A stretch of 64,000 nucleotides of DNA from assembly GCA_002189035.1 (NCBI GenBank), contig NEEC01000018.1:1116001-1180000 (forward strand), written 5' to 3'. The DNA comes from Utricularia gibba. Its lineage: Eukaryota > Plantae > Magnoliophyta. A model generated the notes under the pieces. It was not told the origin of the DNA, did no database searches, and saw only the letters and a program-made list of their open reading frames with translations. The translations under genes were made by a program, and so were the position numbers. Numbering within the stretch: position 1 is the first letter of the stretch; each line of letters begins with the position of its first letter. Below, in pieces: positions 13,801 to 24,074 of this stretch.

Positions 13801-15682
13801 AGAAGATCGCTTGATATTTCAAATAAAATTTTATTTAGCGAAAAACAAGACAAGCTTTTAATGCCATTTCACAATCACTTCATTAGCACAGGTAGAGGCA
13901 AATGATTTTAATTATTAGTCATGCAGCACTTAGAACAAACCAAAAGGGGAATCATGGCTGGACAGTTGAAGGAGCAAATTCCAGCACAAACACCAAGGGG
14001 TTCATGGATGCAATAAGTATCAATTCCAATCTTTGTACTCATTGAGAACTCCATAGTTTGCAAATTTGTCAATCTACATGCCTGCTCAACAAGCTCTGCC
14101 AGATAAGGAAAAGTGTTTATTGCCATCTCACAGGACCCAATTGGAGAGAATGACCAGACTTTACGAACATAATAAATTTATTCCTTTGTCATTTCATAAG
14201 TAAAATCAAACAAAAAAATGCAAATAACAACTAAACTGGATGCAACCTGGGCTCACCAATCCCATGATTGACTTCCACAAAGGCATCCTTCAATGTCTTT
14301 CCCTGCTCCGCAGTAATAATGCTGGCAAGCTTTTCCTGGAAAAAGTTTTTGACAAATCATAGTTGAATTTCCAATTCAAGTTGCATCATATATAACTAAA
14401 GCTTACAGTATCTCTGCAAATTAGCTCCTGAAGCTTGAACATGATTCGCTGGCGACTTTTAATGGGGTATTTTTCCATGATGAAGATGCTCTTTTTGCAG
14501 CAAATAGTGCAGCCTTAAGTTCTTCATCCGTTGATAAAGGAACTTTTCCAATAACTTGTTGAGTAGCCTAAATTAGATTAATCAAAATTGAGAGTCTACG
14601 AGAAGTGCAACTTGATAAAACATAACTATTTAATGCACTCACGGGGTTTAATATATCAACAAGCATCGATGAGTTTGAATCAATAAACCGGCCACCAATG
14701 AGATTTGGGACCCTCTGCATGACATGAAGTAAAAGTTTCGACATACTTCATCATGATCAAATAGAATTCAGCTTACGGAAAAGAGCCTCAAACCATCATC
14801 ATGGATGTGCAAGAAGGATAAGATGTGCAATCACTATTTCATGTGGAATTCGAAATATAGGTGCACAAATATTACCGGGGGTAACATTTCTTCCATGATG
14901 GCTCAGCTGACGTTGAAGGCTCAGACTGTCCATCCACAGGTGTAGTGGTTCTCAATGCCATCAGTCTTCTGACTGTAATAAAAAGCATAATAAGGCAAAT
15001 AATTCATAGCTACTGTCATATGCACAATCAAAAAATGAAAAGCTTAACTGTTGCACATTAGAGTGGTAAAAAATTTTCAATAAATGAAGCCAGTCAGTTG
15101 TTTCCGGAAACACAAAGCACCCAAGGAGTAGGAAAACAGCAAACACAGACCAGTCAGATTCCCTTGACGGAGCTTTGCTTTGACATTATAAACATGTTTC
15201 GGTGTGGATAAAAGCTCAGGATTTGTTTGCCTCAGTCTTTTAAGTATCTGGCGGGGTTTCAGTCCAGCATCTGTCATTTCTTTTATCAGCAAGACTTCTT
15301 TTTCACTAAATCGGCGGGCAGAAGGATGTTCAGATATGTCTCTCATCGGTTCATGATTGTGTGAACCATTCTTGACAGTTAGCAGCCACAGACCATCCTC
15401 CTTCTTACCCACAAGCTCAAATGGACAGTTAGTTAGCCGAGAACCCGATTTCCTTTTCCGAGAGTTTTCACTGGAGGACCCATCAGCTGACTTCCTCCTA
15501 TCCCGATAAACGCCTCCTCTGTCACAACCAAGTACTACAACCTTTTCCTTCTTAGACTGTTTAATTGTGACAACATATCCCTGGGAAATGGCGAACTCCC
15601 CAACATGCTGAATAAGCTCCTCACGATCAATAAAACTACCAGGAGGCGGTGGAAGCATAAGTGGAGTTTCATCCAACTCCAT
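10872..15682 (-). CDS. FAR1/MULE-type DNA-binding domain fused to a divergent ALDH6 (MMSDH-like) domain with a repetitive C-terminal extension; two apparent 1-nt deletions
   Basis: Exon 1 from ATG 15682 encodes [20 protein letters not shown]...LGCDRGG...TNCPF...HNH..., splices in phase 1 to exon 14972-14876, then an ALDH6 exon series matching the neighbouring gene ([52 protein letters not shown]). Stop TAG at 10872. Confidence 0.85.
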
Positions 15683-15843
15683 GTATGAGGTACTGTTTAT
15701 ACCAACAGCAAACTTTTTGAAATGATCATGTCATCGTCGCACCATATGCCCTGAGAAGGCAAGGACACGAGCAAAAGATAACAACCTTTTCCATCATCGC
15801 ACCATATTCCCAGACCGTAAATCACTTGAAAAATCCTCATCAA

Positions 15844-15866
15844 ACACACACACACACACACACACG
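15844..15866. repeat. (CA)n microsatellite upstream of the FAR1-ALDH6 gene
   Basis: Run of alternating ac/ca read directly. Confidence 0.85.
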
Positions 15867-16750
15867 TAAAGAACCTAAAATCCCGTAAAATTTCACTTTT
15901 TCATCAATCCTCCTAATCCCACATCCAGCCAAATGGAACTAAACCATATAACCGGAAACCACAAAGCTTTCATTTAAAGTTCATCCTTCGATCTAGTGCA
16001 CTCACAAAAATACCAGATCATTCAAACAACATCAAATGGAACCACTCAAGAGTGCGAATTTCAGTTAAAGAAGACGTTCTCACCCGCGGAAATCCAGGAT
16101 GTATGGAAATACACAGCTACGTAACGGTCGAATTTCCCCTTTGATATATCTTTCTATTTTAATTCCCTTTTCCTTCTGAAATAATAAGAGGAGCGTGGAA
16201 GAAACATTGGAGATCTGGATGTAGCGATAACCCTAATTCCGGTAGGTCCCACCTTCGGGGCTTCCCTCAACGGTCCAAAACCCCGGGGCCCCGCCCCCGA
16301 CCACGCGGCACACGATCCTTAATTTTTTATATTATATATGTTAATAAAATAATTTAATTAATAATATATTTAAACACATTTAAAATTAAAAATATTTTGA
16401 ATAAATAATTAAAAAGTAAATTAAAATTTAATTGATTAAAAAATTTTATGTAAAAAAATTAAAAAATATGAAAAATTATGTAGATGTTCAAATAATGTGT
16501 ATATTAAAATAGTATTTGATAATATATTATAAAAAATTTATATTTAAATTTATACATAAATCGTTGTTTGATTAATTATTAACTATATTATTCACACATT
16601 CATTTTTAAACATATGTATGATATACACGTATAATTAAAAAAAACTAATTATATCTATTTTAAATCATGTTTTCTCATTTATACATTTTTATATTGTTAT
16701 ATCTCAAAATTTTATTTAATATTAAACACATAATTTGTTATATAACTTAC

Positions 16751-16781
<31 letters not shown>

Positions 16782-16939
16782 ATACATTATATTTAAATAT
16801 ATTAATATTCTACTATAAAACGAAGTTACCAGTAACACCCAAACTGCAGCTAGTGGGCAATGTATCTTATTTACCTTATTATCAAACACGTACTCTTATT
16901 TACCTGAACAAAAGAATCAACATGAGAGCTGGAGAGAAA

Positions 16940-17616
16940 TCATTTTACAGGGGTAGCCATTTCTGTGGAGATCAAAACGTTACGGAGGACCTCCAAACTG
17001 CAGCTACTGGGCAATGTCTCATCTCCCACACCATCATCCAGTGACACCCTTTTCACCTCCCGCCGGCAGCGGCAAGATTCGAGCTCTTTCTCTAACCACT
17101 TTTTCTCCGATTCGTGCTTCAAGACTAACCATTGCAGTGATTGAATCACTTGCTGATCATGAATCTGCTTCTCCTCCGCAAGTCTTCTGTAATGGCTCGA
17201 TTCCATTTCAATCACGCTCTTGGAGCTCTGAATCCGGAGAATCATCGCCAGTGCTTCCTCCGCAGCGGTGGCTGAAAAAGCTCTCTCCTTTTCCAGTTCC
17301 GACAGGGCATGTTTGGCCTTACGACGCTCGATTTTGATCAGTTTTCGCAATTTTGAAACCTCTGATCCGCAATCTGAATCATACCCTGGTTTCGATTCTC
17401 CATTCGAACCCGATGCATGTTCCCGATACTTCGATTCCGTCGGTGCCCCCCATTTCCGGAATCCCCCATTACGGAATAGCATCTTGAATCCGACGCCAAG
17501 CAGCAAAACTACGGGATGACAAGCCCCGAAACCTTGTCGATATTCGCCATCGAAGAACACTTGCATCTCTGTTCAAAAACTTGGGAGAAACGCTTCAGGA
17601 ATTCAATGCAGTTCAT
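16940..17616 (-). CDS. FLOURY1-like / GTD-binding (zein-binding, DUF593) coiled-coil protein, intronless; N-terminus probably shifted by a 1-nt deficit
   Basis: Motif SEVSKLRKLIKIERRKAKHALSELEKERAFSATAAEEALAMILRIQSSKSVIEMESSHYRRLAEEK. Hydrophobic N-terminal stretch VVLLLGVGFKMLF. An upstream frame MNCIEFLKRFSQ (ATG 17616) joins it if the run at 17524-17527 is one base longer. Confidence 0.8.
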
Positions 17617-18062
17617 CAACACCAAAATCCACATTCTGGGTCATCGAAAAGCGTCCGCGGCGACGAAAAATGCTCACGTCGAACGGAGTAACGGGATGAG
17701 GAGGAGGGCCGGAACTATAAATATTTGAAACCTGAGAGAGTAAATCCGTGAGTACCGTTAAAATAGTGTGGGACAATAAATTACATTGTGGTGGAATATT
17801 CAATAAATGAGGGGTCGAATTGTTTTAATACCAAAAATCCCTAGGAGCAATTACTCATTTTTCCTGGGGCAGATTTAAGATAAGCCTTAAAAGCGAAGGG
17901 CATAATTCTTCGTTCAATAAAACATAATTTATTAGTAAAAACAAAAAAGACTCCCAACGGCGTCGTTTTGTGTATCAGGTTGCCTACAAATTCTGTCGTT
18001 TCTTTGATGGATACCTACACAGTTTTACTTGTAATAACATGTGCTGCGGAGCTGCCTCTTCG

Positions 18063-20834
18063 CTAATACACGGGGCAGCCATCAACCTGTATACCCTTGG
18101 CAGTCGGACAAGTAGACAAAGGGCAGTGATCGCCGGCGGTTCCCCACCAGTCGATCGAAACCTGCTCCATCCCCAAAGAGAAGTAGACGAGCACGGCCAT
18201 GAAAGCAACTCCGGCATCCATAGCTGCTGACAAGATGTAGTTGTATCTCTGCCACCATTGTTTCCGGTACCGGAACACGAAGCAGTTGAAGATTGTTCCG
18301 ACGATGATCCAGGCGTTGTAGTTCATTGGGGTAGCGGGAGGCATCGCACCAGTTGCTCCAAGAAGAACTGGAAGGTTGATGAGTGGAATCCATGACTGTT
18401 TAGGGAATGCCTTGTGCAGCAGCCATACCAAGAAGGGGCCTATTGCACCTCCCAGGAAGAACCAGTTCATGGAGCCGTAATTCCCAAGTGGACCGAAGAT
18501 TCTCCTCGGTCCGACTAAGCCCCATATGACTGATGCATCGAAGAACACTCTGTCACTGGGACATGTCCATGGACTGTTTGGAGAAAGAAGAGCAGGGTCG
18601 CATATGTTTTTGATTGTGGTAAGCAGCCACCACGCCACTGCAATGTTGATAGTTCCTGCTATGATTGTTCCCATGGCCTGGAGGAGCATTGTGAGTTCAA
18701 TATTCGATTAAAATGAAGGTGGGAACTGTGATTGAACGCCTGAATATACCTGAACAATGAACATGGATCTGGGAGGGATTTTCATGTAGTGCCCAAGCTT
18801 GAAATCACTAAGGAAGGAGACTGCCTGCGCCATACTCATGTAGCCATACACTTTGAAGCATACATTGGCAATTGGTCTTCCTGGGTAGATGATTCCCATC
18901 ACATACTCTGTTACTACATTTAAACCTGGGGTCTGCAGGAAAAGCATTTCGCTAATGTAACAAAAAAAATGAAGGATAATGAGAGCTCAGATGCTGCTGA
19001 TCATAGAGATTACCTGGTTTGTTGTTGCTGTGATGATGCTGATCGGAAGCGTGAAGATAAAAGCGAGAAGGCAAGCGAAGACGAGTCCCCACCATGGCAT
19101 CTGAACTTCTTTCTTCAATACAATGCATAATACTAAGGAAGCTGCAAAGGTTACTGATAACAATACAAGAAACCACCACAAAGGTATGTCCTCATATTTG
19201 CGCATAAGTCTGGTATGAATGTCATCCTTTCCCTGATATGAAGCTCGAAACTTTTCATAAATTTCTCTGTGACAGGAATTCAAGAGTCCACTATTTAGTC
19301 TGTGACCAAATATAGCACAAGACTTGAGAACTCAACTAAATTTTGTTAAAATATGAAGCCCAGAAGGCAGCACATATAGCATCAACACTTGCACATTACA
19401 GTTTCTTCATTCAAATGATTGTGAAAATAACCAAAGGAAGCGGCACAAAACATTCCCAAAGACGAAGGAGGGATTTAGTACCTTCCGTAGAAGAATCCCA
19501 CATGTACTAAAGTAGCAGCAATGGCTGCAAAACCAAACCCGTAAGTCAAAGCAAAGAACATGCTGAGGTTAATCCTCCCTTGCTGCTCATAAGCTGGTAT
19601 ATCAAGGTCAAAATTTTTGTTCACGATAAGAGAAATATCATACGTCTGGCCCTGAGAAGTGAACAGATCTGACGAAAAGATGGGGAACTTGCGGGCACCA
19701 AACAAATCAAATTTCCAATACGCGATAGGGAGGACTAAATAGATAACCAGAAGATAGCCTGCAAAGATGTTCATAATCGCGAAGAAGGGCGTCATCAGAG
19801 GGCTTCCCAGATACGAAGAAACGGCGCTCCAATCCAACGTTAGAGCGCCGAATCCAAGGCCCGTCATTCCAGATCCGAGCTGGTTCGCAGTCACTGAATT
19901 CGTGAACGCCCAGCAAACCCATGATATGCTCGTAATCGTCGGAAATAGATACCCCGGAACCACGTACCACGAGAAGCTGCAGATCAATGCGATTACGAAG
20001 AACTTCCCTCTTGAAAACCGTCGTTCCTCTTTCTCGTGCAGCGCGCTGCAAAGAAATCAATATTCCCCGTAAAAATAGAATCTTTCCTACAAAAACTAAA
20101 GAAATATGGCATTCACTGCTTTCACATGGAAATTACCGAAAGAGAGAAACTTGGATGAGGGTTCCAGGCCACCACATATGAGCCGGTTCAACAACATACT
20201 TCCTCATAAGCCCTGCCCATCCATATCCCAATACCTGGAAATTCTCATATTCAGTGTTATGATCCCAAAATTCATACTTCAATCAGTAACTAACTCCTGA
20301 GAGCATTACCTGAGTTGTGATAATAAGAAGCCACCCGGCTACGAAAGAGATGTTTCTGTGATACAAAGCCTTGATAATATCAACAATTCCCACAGCATAA
20401 GCAGGGCCATTTCCGAAAGCGCTTCCAGCGTTCGCGAAAATGGAGATCAAAACATGCTCCTTCATGTTAAACGGCCCAGGATTCAAACTGAATCTCCGAT
20501 CACCGCACCCGGGGATTCGAAACTTGGACCTCGGAAGCACCGCCGCCAGGAACTGGCCGATGGGTAGGACGGCGATCAGAACCGTGACCTGAGTTATGAC
20601 AAGGGGCTCCGTTCTGTATGAGAAGAACTGATTAAGGAAAGAAAGAAGCCCACATGAGAGCACGCCTAATAACCACATTCGAAAAGTCCAAACAGGCACG
20701 CTTGGATCGTCCGTCGTGGGAACCGTCAGACGGACTTCTTCGATCGGGGATTCATCCTCCTCGACGACGCCGTGATACAGGCTTTTCTCCGCATCGGAAC
20801 CCATGAAGGAGAGCTCCATTTCCCCAGCCCCCAT
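18063..20834 (-). CDS. OPT: Oligopeptide transporter (OPT family, OPT4/OPT2-like)
   Basis: [56 protein letters not shown]...[43 protein letters not shown] introns, in frame, TAG at 18063. Confidence 0.97.
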
Positions 20835-21313
20835 TTCCCTCAGCGGGTACTCTGAACACGATAAACTAATAATTGCTAGTAACGTTGGCTTGTATAAGTA
20901 GCGCTGGCATGCGTTGACTTTATTTCTTCTCGTACGAATCAAAAAATTGCATTTCTAATAATAAGCAAAAAAAGGAGAACGTTCATAGCACATCCACAAA
21001 TCAGACAAAATCTTCCACTAGTAACAAAATCACAAACTTATAATCAAACTTCTTCAAATTCGACGTCTTTTCGCATCGAAAATACGAGTCATTTGCATCG
21101 AATTAGATTATTTATAGATGAGTTTGGATCATAGACACCTAATGTGAATCCTTGGCTGAGTTGATATTCTTTGCTAGGTACTGTAGCGAGTAGAAAACAA
21201 CACATATTAATTGTAATGTTGCTTGTTTGAATAAAGAGAGGGTTGAAATGAGATTAATTGGGAGGTGTACATTTATGGTAATTATTGATGCCAATTGGGC
21301 CGCGTGTTATAAT

Positions 21314-22474
21314 GCCACGTGTCATTAATTATTACAGATATATTTCAACCAAAAGAAAAAAAACACAAAAAAATAATTCTCGCTCGTGGCGTTTTTACAA
21401 GGCAGCCCGGTGTTTTTAGTTTCTAAAAATAGTGTCCGGTGAAAAAAATGAGAATAGACCAATTTAGTGAGTGATGACGTCGGCGGAATAATTTGGCACG
21501 TGACGATGGCGGGACTGCCGTTTTTTGCAAGGCCGCCGGGACCACCTGTAGTCAGAGCCACGTGTTAGCTGCCTACCTTTGAACGCTGGGCTAACGTCAC
21601 AAGTCAAAAATCCATTTTTGACAAAATTGGATGTGTATTCTTTATTAAATATCCAGCGAATAATACGAAAATAGAAGTCGGTTTTAGCTTTTAGCCTTCA
21701 TGTCATTTTCACCCATATAATAAATAACTAATTTACAAATATAGTTAATTTTGTCATACACGTGTCACAAGATAAATAGATTTTAAATTATTAAAGAATA
21801 AATTAATGACGAAATGCTTACGAAGGTTGCATACATCGACAAGTTTAGAAATTAGGGATTCTTGTGTGAATAGCAACCAATTCAAATGTTAAAAAACTTA
21901 TAAATTTATATGTGAATTGATATTTTTATTATTTGAAGAGTGGTTAGAGATCTCATTACAATTGGATTTTAAATGTCATTTTCATCATTGCAAATGAACT
22001 TGTAATATCAATTTTATAAGAATTGCAAGTAAATGAAAAATTCAGATTATGTAATTAACATCAGAAATTATTGATTTTTTTGTATTTATGTTTTAATGAT
22101 TAAATAATAGCCTGATTAGAAAAATTATACTATTTAATTTTTATATATTTCAAAATTATATTTTATATTAAATTAATATTTATATAATTTTTAAAATATA
22201 TAATTAATGTTAATAAAAACAGTTTTATAATCTTAAAATTGATTCTGTTCAGATAGTTTTAAAATTAGTTCTATTAGTTGCATCAATAAGGACATAGGCC
22301 GGAAACGAAAAATGTCCATCAGCTCATGGCCCAATAAAAATATGGATTACGGGCCGGCCAGTAACAACCAATCCAACCGAATGACCAGAGACGTGTCGGA
22401 AAACGAGTGTTAGCCTGTTAGGTGTGCAGCATATTGAACTTAAGACTCCTCTAGTTAACAAACTACTTCACGTG
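21314..22474. promoter_or_regulatory. Cluster of five perfect G-boxes (CACGTG) in the OPT / ZntB-like divergent intergenic region
   Basis: CACGTG at 21316, 21497, 21559, 21759 and 22469. The first is in GCCACGTGTC (ABRE-type) context; TGACGTC at about 21475. Confidence 0.5.
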
Positions 22475-22689
22475 CATGTTGAGTGCATGTCCCATCATTG
22501 TTGTTTTGGTACGGAATATTATGATTTATATTATTTTTAGATAATATTATTCGTTCTAGACATTCAATATTTATATGCTATAAATCTTGTATTGTTTATA
22601 TTTTTTAGAATGTGTTTAATAATACAATATATAAGATTTATACTCAATTTTACATATAAACTATTTTTTTGATTAAATATTATATATAT

Positions 22690-23222
22690 TGTTGAGGACG
22701 AAAATCGATGTTAAAGTGAAAGCCGATTTTTGGGTTACGAATGTGGACGAACGTACCATATCCGATTAAGGCTTTGGTATTCTGTGTGGTGCAAACCTGT
22801 TAACTGAAAATGAAAGAAGATCAGGGTTTTAACGTGAAGATCGTCGAAGAACGGAAAAACCATGGAGCTGTTGGAACTCGTCGTAAAATACCTTCACTAA
22901 ATGGAGTTAGGGAGAAAATACAAGTTGGAGTACTTAAAGTCAAAACCTTTCTTATTTCTTGTATTTATAAGGGAGCTTGACATGATCGAATTATGAGTTC
23001 TGTAAATGTTAGCTGTTTTTTGCGTCTGCTGTACATACTGTGATTCTGCTTTCAGATAACTTTCGACTGCTCTGTCATTGCCGTAATTCGGTTACTTTTC
23101 AAAATGTGCAAAGCGACTGTTGCTGACAGACTCTGACAGTTATCGACTTGTCGGCTTGTGTTATTTCGTCAGAGCACCTTTTGGCTACTTTTCAAAGATC
23201 GATTAACCCAATCCGATTTAGA
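22690..23222 (-). mobile_element. Probable solo LTR (Ty3/gypsy-like) inserted in a TA tract
   Basis: Starts TGTTGAGGACGAAAATCG and ends ...CCGATTTAGA (expected CA, one mismatch). Flanked by TATAT on both sides, TATA-like CTTATAAATA on the minus strand near 22963-22972, GC content above the flanks. Confidence 0.55.
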
Positions 23223-24074
23223 TATATATATATATATATATAATATGATTATACTAATTATATATAAATATATGGATGGTATATAAAAATAAAAAAAAAA
23301 GGGAATGAGACTAATTTATCTATACTATTTGTATACTTAGGCTTTTATTCTCAAATGTTCTCAAGTATATGTATATCCAATTATATTATATTTAAACAGA
23401 CTAATATACTATTATTAGTATATTACATCTTGCATAATTCCCTTTTCATATTTTTAGTTAGGAGATGTTGGTGTCACATATTTAAGTCAACAGGAAAGAC
23501 ATGGAGGGGGCTACAAAAGGGGGAGAGGCCCATAACCAGCTTTAAATCAGTTTTGATTATTTAAATTAATGGATGGAGACTTTCACCTGGGGAGTGATTA
23601 TGCGCAATGAATGCATGAACCGAGTTCAACGAAGCTCTCTCTCATGCCCAAGGACGTACCACGCCGCCCCTACTAATAACCGCCTCCAGCTGCACTTTTT
23701 TTTCCTTTGTTTTTTTTCTAGTGTTGTAGAGTTGTGATGGTTTCATCCAGGAGTTGCTATACACCTTTTTTCTTGTGGTTTGCTTGTTTTTCGTTGTGGG
23801 TTTGAATCAGGACCCTCTAAAGATCATACCTGAAATCGGTTTACTAGGCTTCATTCTGGTTCACATCGGAAAAGGTAAAGTAAAGCTCTTCGCTTTATTG
23901 AAAGAAGTTGACTTCGGGTGTTCATGTCGTGAATTGGGGGTTCTTGATTTTACTCCATTTTTCGCTTGTAGGGGCATAAGTGATCTAAGTTGGATTGTTT
24001 TGTATGGTTATGATTGCTTTGAGATTGAGTTTGATCAGTCTTGTGGTTATGGACAAGTTTCCATATTGAAGTGT

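Noticed and set aside
15916-15951. snRNA-type USE (ATCCCACATCC) plus TATAA
   Set aside because: USE has a mismatch, spacing to TATA is about 20 nt, and no snRNA sequence follows.
23754-24074. Long N-terminal extension of the ZntB-like ORF from 23754
   Set aside because: Alternative start codon and T-rich UTR/intron-like composition; family similarity begins only after ATG 24075.
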